NCBI RefSeq assembly: GCF_020745735.1
Contig: NC_083427.1
Location: 1,333,438-1,397,437 of the forward strand
Length of the DNA: 64,000 nt
Direction: 5' to 3'
From: Hemiscyllium ocellatum
Lineage: Eukaryota
The translations under genes and the position numbers were made by a program. The notes below the pieces were generated by a model. It was not told where the DNA came from. It worked only from the letters and a program-made list of their open reading frames with translations, and did not search any database. Below are positions 37,871-52,440 of the stretch, one piece after another. Each line of letters opens with the position of its first letter. Positions within the stretch are counted from its first letter, which is position 1.

Positions 37871-38502
37871 GATGCAATGTATCTGTCTGGTATCAGTTGA
37901 GAATATACCGAACATTTTGTGAAACCATTTCGAACTGCAGTTAAAAGTCGATCACATATCTCAGGGCAATCATAAAGGGACATTAAATACTATATTTCCT
38001 GTGCACCCACATTCCTAAACATAATAAAGGAAATCATATTGTCTTCCACCCCAATATCCCTTATTTAAGTTTAATTTATAGATATCCAAAGTGCATCGAG
38101 GAGAAAGACAGCTGAAAGTAGTTACAGTTTGGCCTTTTTTCAAAGTAAAGCATAACAAAGAGCCTCGAAAACAATTCAGGTAACTACCAATGAGACGGAG
38201 AAGAAAAGTAGGAAATTGCTTTAAATAACTTAAATCTCTCTTAAAGATAAACTAGTTATGTTAAATACAAGGATTGTATTTTCTTATATATAATGGATCC
38301 ACTAAACATAAATGTAGATTACATTTGTGGTTAAATTGTTGTGTTCAATGTTGATAAATGCTGTTTCAGAAAGAACCAGTCTATTCAAGCGTTTCATAAA
38401 TCTTGGAGACGGATGCATGATACTGAAATCGGATGTTAGTCATCTTGTCAAAATGCCCCTGTAAGATTCCGTGGAAGGCAACGAGCATTTGGTCATGATA
38501 TG

Positions 38503-38812
38503 ATTAGATTCTCTGCAGTATGGGCACAGGCTCTTTGGCCCAACAAACCCACACTGAGTCTTTGAAGTGTAACCCACTGCAGACTCATTCTCCTAATTTC
38601 ACCCCTGACTAAAGCTCCAAACACGATCGGCAAATTAGCATGGCCAATTCATCTGCTCTGCTGTTCGTTGGAATGTGGGAGGAACCCGGAGCACCCGGAA
38701 GAAACCCACGTAGATACGCGGAGCACATCCAAAGTACACTCGCCGAAAGCTGGAATCGAACCCAGGTGCCTGACGCTGTGAGATCACAGTGCTAACCACT
38801 GAAGCACCATGC
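38503..38812 (-). mobile_element. HE1-like SINE, older copy
   Basis: Reverse complement of head and core with gattagatt tail. Confidence 0.8.
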
Positions 38813-40394
38813 ATTCGAAACTACTGAGCCAGCGTGCTGCTCATTAATATGTACGCAAGTCAAGAACAGTTAACCTGTAAACATTTCCCATTTCATGACA
38901 GGTTTTCATATGATTAAGTTGTGATTTTTGATGTTCAGTGTGATCAAGACAGTCTTTCCCTATTTCCGATTGGCTTCTCGTTCTATGTGACATCACTCGT
39001 CTAAACTTTTACTTCCAGCTTATGTGGGAACGTGAATCATTGAAGCGAATAGCCCAGTGGCACGCCGATCAGCAACTGCGCTTTGTAAAGATAGAATCTC
39101 AGAAAAGCGATTAGAACTGCTTGCTTAACTTCTTCTCTTAACATGCCCCTTCAATTCTCCTTCTTTAAGTTTACTGTTAAATGCAAGAAATCAAAGAACT
39201 GATGAAATTCCATAAATTAAAATAAACTCAGTACAAATGATTAGGCCGGATATTGCATGAGTGGCAGGGTTTCTGATCCAAGCCTTTAACATTGAGCAAG
39301 GCATTTACAAGTAAGTAAACATGAAAAGCGTTCCTACCACAGCCTTTAAATCATAATTAAGAAGCTCAGAATGTCAAACAGCGCATTAATCTTGAATTCC
39401 TCATTGAAACAAGATCCAGACATTCCACGTGGAACAACAAAAAAAAATAGAATTAAGCCAAATAATTAGATAATAAAACAATCCAAAGCAAAATTAAAAG
39501 GCGGAAGTAAACACTCCTCCGCATCACCACAGTGTCCCTGTTCAAGGTATTCTGTACATGGAAGAAATGATCGATGATAAAGGTTTCTGACAATTACATC
39601 AATGACTCAGAAAAGGAAATCTTCAATAAAGCTTTCACATATAAGGATACACATTGAGAAGAAAGTTAACTTTGTGTATTTTCCCTTCCAAATGTAATGC
39701 CAGTCTCAAGACCTTGCCAAATGGGTAAACCCAGAAATAGATTCAGGATTGCCATACCTGGTCGGGAGTGAAACTGCCAAAACTGGAGAAATCTTTCAAA
39801 CCATGTTTTAGCATTATGCGGGGATATATTCCGGAAAGCTATCAGGAACATCAAATAAAACATTCTGAGGCCCTTGGACAAATATTTTGAATGAACCATT
39901 GACTTTTACAAGAAACACGAGGTAAAAAAGAACTTACATTGCCACCTGCATAATGTATTTACTTGTTGATAAAATATGAAATTCTATCCTTCATATCAAT
40001 TGGATGCAATCCTTGGAAATTGCTATCTATCAGAGTTACAATGTGGCTTGATGTATACCAGAATGTTAGAAGCGATATTGTTTTAAAAGAGTTGAATTCC
40101 AAGACAGTGAAAAATCCCTGTGTCACCTCTGCCATGAAAGAAATGAATGTTTGCTTTGTATCTTAAAACTTGTACTCTCTCTTCTTTACAATATAGCTTC
40201 ATAACATATGAAGATAAGGCTATTGTTGGAGTGATATTTACATGAACAATAGCAAACAATCAGAACGTCTGCCACCTTGCTAAGCCTATGAAATTCATTT
40301 GCATCCAACGATAGAATTCAAGCGCACCTTCACTTTGAATGTTGCTCCTGTTTTATTTTATAAGCAAAATTATTTGTCGATCAACGCAACGGTG

Positions 40395-40915
40395 AACTTT
40401 GTCAACATAATGTGCTGGACTATAATAAAAAAGGCTCAGAAAAGGTTGACAAGGATGTATCCAATTTTGGAGGATTTGACTGAATAGGCTGGGGCTGCTT
40501 TCCATGGAGCGTCAGAGGCTAAGGTATATAAAATCATCATAGAGGTTTATAATATCATGGGAGCGTGCATAATAATAAGACACAAATATTTCCCCTAGCG
40601 TGGGGAATCCAGAACTACAGGGCATAAGTTTATGGTGAGTAGGGAAATCTTTAATAGGGATCTCAGGGGAACTTTTTGATGCTTGCTTTGTAAGAGGGTG
40701 ATCCTTGTATGGAAGAATCTGCTGGAGGAAGTGGTGGAGACTGGTACAATTGGTACCATTTTAAAGGCACCTGGATGGATGTATGAATAGGAAGGGTTTA
40801 GAGGGATATGAGCCAAGTGCTGGCAAGTGAGACTAGATTAGTTCAGGATATCTGTTTGGCATGGACAAGTTGAACTGAAGGTTTTTTTTCCCGTGCTGTA
40901 CGCCTCCATGATTCC
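40395..40915 (+). mobile_element. CR1-type LINE 3' end
   Basis: QKRLTRM..RLGLLSMERQRL; tail ccatgattcc. Confidence 0.85.
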
Positions 40916-41105
40916 AAATATTATTGAAGTTTTATTCCAGTTTTCTCGGAAGTTCCCGTCGCTTAATCGAACAAATACTTTCAGAATTTTTTTCCAGCTT
41001 TGTGTTTCCTTCAATGACTCAGTTTGTAAAATTCATCCTGAGTTATTGTAACCATTATGCCACAAATGAATAAATGCATTTTGTGGTAAAATTCAGTCAG
41101 CTGGT

Positions 41106-41409
41106 GGGCGGCACGGTGGCACAGTGGTTAGCACTGCTGCCACACAGCGCTTGAGACCCGGGTTCAATTCCCGACTCAGGCGACAGACTGTGTGGAGTTT
41201 GCACGATCTCCCCGTGTGTGCGTGGGTTTCCTCCGCGAGCTCCGGTTTCCTCCCACAATCCAAAGTTGCGTGGGTCTGGTGTATTGGCCATGCTAAATTG
41301 CCCGTAGTGTTAGGTAAGGGGTAAATGTAGGGCTATGGGTGGGTTGCGGGTCGGTGTGGTCTTGTTGGGCCGAAGGGCCAGTTTCCACACTGTAAGTAAT
41401 CTAATCTAA
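41106..41409 (+). mobile_element. HE1-like SINE
   Basis: Near-consensus copy ending taatctaatct. Confidence 0.9.
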
Positions 41410-43924
41410 GTGGAATCTCTTTCAGTTTTATACGTTTGAAGAGCTGCCAATTGATTTTGTTGTTGAATTCGCTCTTGGGGTGTGCGTGACACTTGTATGG
41501 TCAATAGTAATGCACAATTAATTGCCTTTGAGCTAATGAGCTCAGTATTCGAACTTCTGAAATCTATATCTTGTTGCTGCACATGCTAGTGCTTCAGAAC
41601 GGGACTTCAAGTCATCGATTCATTAAAAGGATGGTAAGTGAAAAATAGTATTCCATATCAGTGTGTTCAGAGTCTTGTATGGGACCATTCGTGTTAGTGT
41701 CCCTTGTGAGTTCTTCCGTTTCAGTTCCAGACTACACAGTTCATCGGATTGGGATGAAGGAACTTAATGTTCAAATCATCGTAAAATGGAGAGCCACAGA
41801 AAAACACTGAGTTAGTGTCGTAGAATTTCACGCACAGCAAATCCACCCTTCAGTTCTAAATAATTAACTACAAACTGAGGACATAAAGCAATTGAATTGA
41901 ATTGAATTGAATGCTTCATTTCAATGACTCTTGAGTGAATTCCACAAAAGAACTGCTAAGTTTCGAAATGAAAACCATTATGAATGAATCATTCTCTCAA
42001 TAATTTGGGATTACGTTTGACCACAGATTTATCGAGCCTCATGACGACAACATAAAGCCAAAAGTTGTGGGTGCTGCAAGTCTGGAAGTCAGAGAAACTC
42101 AGAACACTCTCTGTGGAGAAGATAGCCGTGTTAATGTTGCAAGTCCAGAGATCCATATTCAGCCATCAGCTTTTGGCTGAAAGAAGAGGTCAGGGTCGTA
42201 AACTTCTATGATTGGTAAGTGAACCCCTTGTTTCCAAAAGGCCAAGTAAAAGGGAGGAACTGATGATTCTACAAGTGACGTTATTAACCCAATAATGAAT
42301 TGAGAAAATAACTGTTGACACAAGTGTCATCGAAAATTATATTAAATCATTCATGCAATAAAACTTCGAAAATTTCGTGAGGCACATACTTGAAATGACC
42401 AGATGGAGTAACGGTGAAAAGATTATTTGTAATTGTTTATTATTTCACATGTCATATTTTTCCATAATGATTTAAGGTACTGCTAATTGTCAGCATGCTA
42501 CCATTTTAAAATAAATCTTTCACAGATTTATTTTATTCCTCCAAAAGTAATGTAAATTAAGCGTATTGTTAAAATAAAAACTGACATCAACGAAGAAATT
42601 GGAACTTCAGCATGTAGTGTCTGGTAATTTCAATTTAAAATTTAATATGTAAAACTTACCGAAAAGGAAGCTGATTGATGCTTCTCTCATGTTACAATAC
42701 TAACTTCGTTGGGTCCTCCTCTGGAAAGCGAAATTTACTTCTTACATGTCTGGAGCTTTTCAGAGAAAATGTGCTTCAGAGCTGTCGTTCAGTAAGCCCT
42801 TTCCTGTTAAAAATAAATGTATGCTCACGTTACTAAAGGGGAATCACAAGAACTCTGAGCAGTTTGTCATGCTCAGAGCCAATTTAGTTACTTAAAACAA
42901 ACAACAAAATAAAATTATGATGAAGTTTTCTGAAATTAATACAAAGAAGTCAAGAAACAATGAGTCAAATACACTGAAAGTATTATGGATGCAAGAATCA
43001 GAATGCATCACTTTGACACTATTTCAATGGCGTGCTTTTTCTTATTCACATGTACTTGGAAAACTGTCAGAAAATTGCTAATGCATAATACTTCCGCTAG
43101 TTTCGAGGGCTGAATGCATGGTTTCAAATAAAATAAATTCAGGTGTATTGCTTTCACTTTTAGCTGAGCATGATCGGAATCTTTCTCTCAGTATTCATTG
43201 AAGGAAAATAAGTCGTTATCGAGTGGAGAAAAATGATGTGTTGTGATGTCACCAGAGTGTAGTTGGTGTTCTGTGATTAATTGATGCGTTCAGATTTGAT
43301 CTGTGGAACAGTATCTTGTGTCATCAAGTGACTAACTTATGTAAGTTAAGTAATATGAGCGCTTAGGAAATGCTGAAAGATATTCAAATGCTTTGGTCTG
43401 TTCTGCCATGATTTAAAATCATGTTTAACTTGAGTCTTGAATAAATTCAACAACTTCTACAGTGTATGATGTAAAGCTATATCGCAAATATCTAGCGAAC
43501 TCAGTTGTTAGCAATCCCGTAATCAACTACCTTTTGAGAGACGTAACATCAGAGTTGGAATGGTATACGTCGTGATAACACCTTCGCTACTGAATGCCCT
43601 CGATATAATTCGAGAATCACGGCCGCCAGATGAGACAGTTACTGCAAAATCTATTTGTAAGATATAACCGTTTCGATGGTTGAGGTTAAATAGCTCCTCT
43701 TCGTTCTGTACTTTACAGAAGATATGCCTTGTCTCTGGAAACTGTTTGCTGCACTTTAAGTCAAAGCCCAGGGAATTACTTTTTCCTTAAACTTTTAGAT
43801 AGCACCTCCAAAGACAATGGAAGAACATTGACCAGAAATAATGCAACACTAGCGAAGTTGTCTAAAGCAAACAAGTTACTTGCTCTGCATATCAGTCCAT
43901 TTGACTCATTGCTCTCTCCATCTG

Positions 43925-44340
43925 TCATTTAGCATACTGTTCCTATCATGTGGAAACCGAACACTTGGCCAATAGATTCCACAGCCTACCGTCTGAAAGT
44001 ATCCCACCCGACCTACACTCTACTGTATACCTGCAAATCTGCATTTCTCCTGGCTAATCCACATACACTTGCTTTGACAGTGGAAGTACCATAGCTCCTG
44101 CAGAAGACAGAAAAATGCACAAGCTCCATACAAGCAGTCATCCAAGGTATGAATCGAACCTTCGTCTGTTGTGTTGTTTGGCAGGATTGCCATCCTCTGA
44201 CTTGCCGACTTACTAATTGAAAAACAAAGTGGCCTTCGTCTCTTTGCATCTTTACTATATCTTCAACGTTTTTACCTATTATCTTAATCTTTCTCTGTTC
44301 CTTCATGTCGCTCAATGCTGAACAACATGCTGTGCCTTCT
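43925..44340 (-). mobile_element. Decayed CR1 3' end and SINE-like remnant
   Basis: Reverse-complement CR1 3' UTR motifs and gtatgaatcgaacc box-B-like remnant. Confidence 0.5.
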
Positions 44341-45624
44341 AACTGGTTCACACGTTATTTAATTGCTACAACATTGGTAAAGTGTAACGTTCGTTATTTC
44401 AAGACCAGGAATGTGAGATCATCACAATTTTTTTCGGAAGAAAGAAGTCCAGTTTCTGCTTCCAAATCTCACGATTTCCATTCTCAAAGTCATCATAGGT
44501 ATGTGCCTCAGTCAGTATGTTCGCGGTATTCTGCATTTCGTAGCTTCAGACCCTCTCACAAACCATATCCCTCTCTCTCTCCTCCTGATACTTGTTTCTG
44601 TATCTCTTTACAATTTGCCTTCTTCACCATTCTTCAGATTCACAACCGAAGAAAATATCGGATTAAAACGCTTTGAGAAAAGTGATTTAAATTTCAAAAG
44701 AAGATTACACAACCCCTGCCTACTCGCCAACCAAACACAATTTACGAATGTAAATGAATAAAACCATTGTTATATCACAACACTACCTCGCTCACATATC
44801 CCCAGGAAAGTGACACGGATGGTTTTAGTGATGAAACGCTTAAAAAAAGGAAAGGATTACCAATCTGATATTTTTCTCTACCAAAGAAATATTTCCCTCG
44901 ACTCCATATTGTAAGTTACTCCCTAACAGTCAGTATACCATCGTCATATAATTAATGTCTACAAGTTAACATTTGTTTGCACTTACATCTCTTTCCTGGC
45001 CATATCCCTTTGTTAATCAGCCAGTCGCTAGTCACTCAGCCTTCCCTTGACTGTTTCTGTAACTTTATACAAGAACACATAAACCATAACTGATAATGCC
45101 GCAAGGCAGCCATCCCAGCTCCTTCTGAATGCATGTAGATTTGTTTGCTTTATTAACTTGACGAACAAAGTTAAAAATCGCTGAACAAAAGGCCATAGTC
45201 CAACAGGTTTATTTGGAAGCATTAGCCCTCCAAGCGCTCCTTCTTCTTCAGGTGTTTGCCGAGCATTTCCACAAGACACAGAATTTACAGCAAAATATGT
45301 CAGTGCATTGCAGTTGAAATATGTTAAACCGACTTAGATTACGTCTTTCATGCTTTAGAATTGCTAGCTTTGTTTCATTAATATGTAAATCCCAGAACCC
45401 CTTTTTAAGCCATATTCTCAAGCTGTTCTGAAAAATATTGTCGCAGCACAGGCAATGAATTAAAGGTGTGAGGCAAAAGTTTTTCTATGCACTAATCTTG
45501 AGTCCGACTGGTTCTAATTCTCAAGTGGGATTTGCAAAGTCTTACCTGGATTGTCTGTTGGTTTTGCATTTCTTGAGCAAAATAAAATTCAGTTCTGCAA
45601 ATAAAAATCACCTCATAAACGTAC

Positions 45625-45772
45625 GTGTGCATGCGTGCTGCAGAGCCATTGCGAGTGTGTGCATGTGAGTGTGTACGTGTGGATGTGAGAACATGTGAGA
45701 GAGTGTGTGCTTGCATGCGTAAGCTTGGTGAACTATGTGTTTAACTGTGAAGCGGTATGAGCCTGTGAGACG

Positions 45773-45809
<37 letters not shown>

Positions 45810-45935
45810 GAGTGTGTGTGTGTGTGCATCTGAGAGAGAGCTGGTTGAAGAGAGAGAGTCTATCTTAGAGTGTGTGCATGTTTGAGTGTGGTGCGTAGTT
45901 TGGTGTGTGAACGTGTGGCCGAGAGAGAGAGTGTA
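45625..45935 (+). repeat. (TG)n/(AG)n microsatellite complex; mirrored by (CA)n at ~46795-47085
   Basis: Directly visible dinucleotide runs in the PLE UTRs. Confidence 0.9.
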
Positions 45936-46798
45936 TGGTGCAGTGGGGTAACCTGTAGTGTGCCATGAACCCAAGGTGGCGACAGAGGCCACCCTCATGT
46001 GTTTCGGAATTGGCTATGTGTCTCTGCTCTGCTACTTTGCATTGTTGCATTTCCTGAATCCGACATGGAGAATGGTCACCCTCAGGTCCGCGGCCGAATA
46101 TCTTGGATCACTGAACTTGTCCCCCACTGAGGGAACAGCTTTGCTTGGTGATTGTTGTGGGTGTCCATTCACCCGTTGCTGTGGTGTCTGCTCTACCTCG
46201 CTAATGTACCATGTCTGAGGATATCTTTGCCTGCAGTATATGAGGTAGGCAACATTGGCCGAGTAATATAAATACTGCCACATACATATTGCCTTGTGTA
46301 TGTCACCTTGTGTGTTTGTAGTATGCTTGTTGATACTCTGACACGTCTTGCAGCAGTTGCCGTCAGAGGGTTTTACAGTGATGTGGTCCATGATGCCCTG
46401 AAGGCTGGGCAGCTCGCTGTGAACTGTTTAGGGTTTGGAATTTGCTTAAAGCCAAGAAGTGAAGGTGGGGGCAAGTTCCTGGCTCGTTCCTTAACTTCAC
46501 GCCTTTAAACAACCATCAAACCTTGAACAGATCATTATTCGCAGCAAACTGCGCCACCTTCAGGCCAAGGTTGGCCACAACACCATACAACCGTGTCACA
46601 GCAGCCGTCCGAGACGTTTGGCCTCGGACGTTCGGGTAACCCTCCGCCAATCTGGACTTCTGAACAAGCAATAATTGACAATGACTGAGCAGAGGATGAT
46701 GGCCAAGTTTGTTACGCAGAAGGATGGCCACAACCAGGATCTTGTGTTCATGTGACACAACAGATGACCTCACTGCACTACAATCTCTCCCTTTCACT

Positions 46799-46831
<33 letters not shown>

Positions 46832-47299
46832 ACGCACGCACGAAGACACACACACAGTCCTGCATACTCACACACTAACACAGACCCGCCATCATTCACA
46901 AGTTCTCTCTAATTTGCACACACAGCCACATACCACACTGACAACCATGCATGCTGCACGCTCTCACAGGCTTACACCCCATCACACTCACCCACATATT
47001 TAACCAAGCTTACACACAAGTACACATTGTCTCACATGCATTCACACCCATACACTTACTTTGTCCCTCCTGCATGCACACACATGCAATTTTATGAGGT
47101 GAAAGTGCTTTAGCAAAATTGTACGTTATTTCACTCAAAAATGTATAACCTACAGTCAATCAATGTAAGATCCTGTTAATTCCACTTCAGGAATATGACC
47201 AGTCTGACCCAACATGAGGACACAACCAGACTCTAACCTTACACCTTTAATGCATTATCTGAGCTGAGATGACAGCTTTTGTTCGAAAGCCCGAAGTTA

Positions 47300-47609
47300 T
47301 TAGATTAGATTACTTACAGTGTGGAAACAGGCCCTTGGGCCCAACAAGTCCACACCGACCCGCCGAAGCGCAACCCACCCATACCCCTACATTTACCCCT
47401 TACCTAACACTACGGGCAATTTATCCTGGCCAACTCACCTAACCTGCACATCTTTGGACTATGGGAGGAAACCGGAGCACTCGGAGGAAATCCACGCAGA
47501 CAGGGAGAGAACCTGCAAACTCCACAGTCAGTCGCCTGAGTCGGGAATTGAACCCGGGTCTCTGGCGCTGTGAAGCAGCAGTGCTAACCACTGTGCCACC
47601 GTGCCGCCC
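47300..47609 (-). mobile_element. HE1-like SINE inserted in PLE remnant
   Basis: Near-consensus reverse complement. Confidence 0.9.
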
Positions 47610-47786
47610 AATAATGTTGAGAATGAGTCTTAAGAGGATTTCTGGGAGTTATATATTAACGGACAGGAGCTCGCAAAAGAATTCTGAAAGATGAAAGACT
47701 TAATCTAAGTATGTTTAATATATTTCAGTCGCATGACACTGTAACGTTTTGCTATAAATGCTGTGTCTTATGGTCCTGCTCCACAT

Positions 47787-47823
47787 CTACCTGATGAAGA
47801 AGCAGCGCTTCGAAAGCTAATGC
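47787..47823 (+). ncRNA. Hammerhead-like motif of a second PLE family
   Basis: CTGATGA-A-GAAGC(AGC)GCTTC-GAAA-GC-TA; core and helix II intact, helix I poorly paired. Confidence 0.45.
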
Positions 47824-48249
47824 TTCCAAATGGACCTGTTATTCTATAATCTGGTGTTGTGTCATTTCTAACTTTTTTCACTCCAGTACATTATTGGATC
47901 CTCCAAATCTTGAGAAATAATAATAACATCTCAACTCAAATAATAAAAAAAGAAACATTTGATTTGTCTCTTAACTCTGGCCCTTCTCAGAAAAACCGTG
48001 CTATGCACAGAATATAAATTAACATAAAATAGACTCCTCAAGTTCATGAAATTGTGGATGTAGATTTTGAACATGTGTGCGTATTAATTGAACGTGCGGT
48101 ATATTAACTAATACAGAAACGAATTGAATTCAGAAGGACATTCGGGAGAAAATTGAAAATATTGAATGCATGATCTGGCAATATAAACGTTTGACAAGCA
48201 ATTGGATTTTCCTTTGGAATAGTTGCATATTGGCGTTTTGCTCTGCTGG

Positions 48250-49800
48250 TACTGAGTGTTGGTAGTGAAGCGAGTGGATGCTTCAGGTTTTGGCGCCAAT
48301 CAAGCAGGTTGCTTTTTTCTGGATGAAACCAGCTTCTTGAGTGTCGTCGGGGCTGTACCTTGTCTGGCAAGTGTAGAGTATTCCATCACACTGCTGACTT
48401 GCGAGTTGTAGATTCTGAATAGGCTTTGAGGAGCCAGAGGTGAGCGACTTTCCGCAATATTCTTAGTCTTTGACCTGCTATTGTATCAACTATGCTCATG
48501 GGGTGAATCCAGTTGAGTGTATGGTCAATGATAACCCCAACAACATTAATGACGGGAGATATATTGATGGCAACAGCATTTAATGTCAGAAGGAAGTGAT
48601 TATGTTGTTTTTTACTGGTGATGGTCATTGTCTTGCATTTGTGCGATGCAAATGTTTCTTCACAACTGTCAGCTCAGACTGTAATTATTTTCAGATTTTA
48701 TTGTATTTGCAAATGGAATGCTTTCGTATTTGAAGAGTCATGAATAGTTCGAAAGATGTTGCAATCATCACGAACATCCCACTTCTGACCTAGTGATGGA
48801 GAGAAGGTCATTGACGGAGCAGCTGAAGATGTTTGGACCAAAGTACAGTACCCTGAGGAACCTTGCAGAATTGTCTTCAACTTGAGATGACTCATATTTC
48901 ACAGCCACAAGCATTTTCCTGTGTGTTCTGTGTGACTTTATCCAGTGGCGAGTTTTGCCCTTATTTATTGAAAGTTTACAAAGTCTCACTGATGACAAAC
49001 CCGATGGAATGCTGCATTTAGTCATCGGCTGTCACTTTCACCTTAACTCTGGAATTCAGCTGTTTTGCCCATTATTGAATCAAAGCCGGCATGAGATCCG
49101 GAGCTGTATGGCACTGGCTGATCCCAAACTGGGCATGATTGAACAGGTTTTTGTTGATCAGCTGCTACTTGATTGCACGGTTGGTGGCACATTTCATCAC
49201 TTTACTAATGATTAAGAGATCACTGATGGGAGGATGATTGGCTGCATTGAATTTTTCTAACTTATTGTGTACAAGACATAGATAGGCAATGTCTGCCAAT
49301 GTCGAGTAGACGCCAGGGTTGTCACTGTACTGTGGCGGCGAGGCAACGTGAGTGGCAAGTTGTGGAGGAGATTTCTTCAATACTATTACCAGAATGTTTT
49401 TAGGACACGTAGTCTTTGCAGTATCCAGTGTCTACAACCGTTTCTAACTATGACGTGGAGTGAATCAAATTGGCTGGGGAACACTGGAACAGGCCAAGAT
49501 GTATCATCCACAAAACGCTCCTATCTGAAGGCTTTGCGAAAACTTTAGCCTTACCTTTTGCTCTGATGTGCGAAATATTAATATCAAAATAGGTAGTGGC
49601 TAATAAATGGGAATGAGCACTGACATTTTGTTTGAATGTGGGCACAGAGATCTCAAAAGGAATTACATTGAAAGCCCACGATCATTACCGCGAAAATAGT
49701 TCTCATCACTTTGCGGCTCAATGAAACATCCCTGATCATTTCAATGAAGGAAGTGAAAAGTGGGCTGACTTTGTGGACGTTTAAATCACTTTGATATGTA
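48250..49800 (-). mobile_element. CR1/L2-superfamily LINE (second family), RT region
   Basis: ORFs GVIIDHTLNWIHPM..AGQRLRILRKV; FGPNIFSCSVNDLLSITRSEVG; ANHPPISDLLIISKVM. Confidence 0.85.
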
Positions 49801-51929
49801 TTCTGCCCTGGAGAAATTTCCTCCAATGCATACAAATGGAATTCTCATCAACTATTGCGCAGAGTCTTGCAGTTTAACAGCGGCAACTCAAAGGTTATAA
49901 AGATGCTGCATGAAATTTATCTATTCATTAATGCAAGAAATTATGTCTCTATTAGCTATGCGATTGACACTGGAATCAATTTTATACCGCGAGAATACCA
50001 CAAGCAAATGAGAGGCAATCTTCCGTCTATTTGATACAGAATTGTGCACGCAGGATGAGATAATAACATGAGCTATGAATTTATTTGCCTCCCAAGATTA
50101 CTTGATTCTGTTGGGGTCCGGCTATATCTATATGTGGCAATGATAAGCGAGGTGAATTAGATTTTCGTTGTGAAATGGAGACTGAATAAAAAACGGCATT
50201 GGGCTCACATTTCTACTGGGTATTACAAGGAGAGATGGGCATTAAGTTTAGTTTAGTTTTGATCGGGGGTTTTCAGAGAAGGCAGACCATTGGAGGTAAT
50301 TTTTCCAGCATGCCAGACTGTGGGCTGGCGACTGAGCAATGTAGTCGTTCCCAGATATTTTTCTAGCCAATGAAGAGTGAGGGAATTGGAATCCTACTTT
50401 GTGATTGTTACAACGCCTGATGATGTATTAGGCAGTGCGGTTAGTTTCAGAGTGATATTGGGTATAGGAGAGTGAGTTGAGCTCTGGAATTATTGTTCAT
50501 GACTGCAGAAGAGCCGGATGTGACACAGGCTTAGTTATCATAATCTGCTTCATTAAGAAGAATCTTTCCGTCAGAAGGTCAGAACTAGCAATGCCTACTT
50601 ACTATTGCATAAAATTCAGCACGATCTGCGACTCCTCAGATTGTGAAGACACACGTTTGGGGCAGGTGATCCTTGACCCAGTCAGGACCATGCTTCTTAC
50701 GATTTTACAGCGACGACACAAAGACTGAGCGGTTTGTCATTGAATTCTCCTCATAACATTCGAATCATTTTCCAGGCAGTGCCATGAAATGATTTTGTTC
50801 TATTCTTTCTTATAAATAATAATGACCATTTGTCATTAAACTGTGATTATTTACACTACAATCTTCGAATTAGTCAAACATTAGCAACAATGAGAACGTT
50901 TTTGGTATCCATCTTTCTAGAAAAAGAGATAGAACAGCACAGATCACATGGAGACACCGACCTGGAGCTTGAACTCCAAAGCAACATATGCAATTATGCA
51001 AAATAAGACTCTGTTTCATTGACTACCCTATATCCCAGAGGAAGATCATTCAATGTTTAAATTTTATTTAGTTCAATTCCAAATTCAGTTTTAAATGAAT
51101 TTAAGCATTGCACATGACCAAATGGAAGGATTTAGATGAACGTAACGTGGAATGGAACAAAACGTTAGAAAGGGAGGTTGATTTACATCTGAAGCCTGCA
51201 CTGCCATTGAAATTAATTCTTGTCTTTTACACACTATTCTATGTAACTCCCGGAACAGAACAGGTTTTCACTTGATCTCACTGAAATCGACAGAATATCT
51301 CTTGAAGTCTGTTATGACCAGTGTCCAGATGAGACACAATTGAAAATGGATAACCCTCGCATACCTCAACATGTTTACTGATTTCATTGCTCTGTTTGTT
51401 AGCTATAATGATACACAAATGTTTGCTTGTGAAATGCAAAGAACTACAAAAATATGCTCAAAACGTTCACTTGTGGCATTTTCAGCTCTCCAGTATACCA
51501 CTTCGTACGGGTTTATAATCATTGAAATATAAAACAAACTTGTGCAAGTTTTGATCAATCAATATTTAACTGTAAACATCTACCACCATCTGATGATCTT
51601 CATATCACAATCTCCTGTACTACGCCAAATATGATTTGAACAAGACACCCGATATTTGAAAGATAGCTGTGTCTGAATATCCAAAACGAACAGCAAAAAT
51701 CATGAGCAGTCTGATTCCATTTTGTATCTACTTTTACAGTCTTCTTTACTAAAACTTCAGCTTCACAACTGCAGATGATGAACAATGTCATTTATTTAGA
51801 AGTTTATCTTTCCTTGGAATCTTTGTTTTATATTCTTCAGAGTTATTTACGCCATTTGGAACTGAACCTTATACTGCCATTTTCATTTCCGGTCGGCCAA
51901 TGTCATGCCTCACTTGTAGAAAAATCCGC

Positions 51930-52440
51930 ACGCATTTAATTTTTGTCTCATAGCACATTATGATCTTCAAACACACTGGCCTTGAAAAGTTTGCCTAACC
52001 TTCCATTTTGTTCATCTCCTTTTCCCGTTAGGCACTTTGCAGACTCCAAGAATCAATACTGATTCCATAGCCTCAGAGCCGACCGCATGATACCCGTAAT
52101 CCATTTTCCTCATGTTATTTCCCTGCCCTCCCACCCAGACGTTGACTTATTTGTCTTTTGTTTACTTTTCTCTCAGCAGAGAGGACCCGTCTTTGTCCCT
52201 TCACACATCGAAGAACGCCTGTTATACATCTTTATTTCTCTTTCACCACAATAAACATCGCTTATTTTTATACCACGCCTCCACATTACGGGTTCTCTTC
52301 GCACCTTCTCCACCTCTGTCAGAAGGATAAAATAAAAACACCTTTCAGCACTGTTTCGTTCTGAAAAACAGTCAGACTGGACTTGAAACATTAACTTTGT
52401 TTCTTTCTCCACAGCTGTTGCCAGAAATGCTGAGTTTAAT
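51930..52440 (+). mobile_element. Degenerate PLE 3'-end fragment
   Basis: C/T-rich UTR then tctgaaaaacagtcagactggacttgaaacattaact, a decayed hammerhead-bearing terminus. Confidence 0.5.

Larger units (their letters stand above)
45170..47900. mobile_element. Two diverged PLE 3' halves in inverted orientation with (TG)n/(CA)n-rich UTRs, interrupted by a SINE
   Basis: Left half (-): ANVAYLIYCRQRYPQTWYISE...QRVNGH GIY-YIG remnant (ORF 46032-46391). Right half (+): linker and endonuclease remnant 46515-46770. Terminal motifs gcttccaaa..acctgtt face outward at ~45200 and ~47830. Confidence 0.75.

Noticed and set aside
45741-47003. His/Thr-rich ORFs (THTHTH)
   Set aside because: Translations of (CA)n/(TG)n microsatellites.
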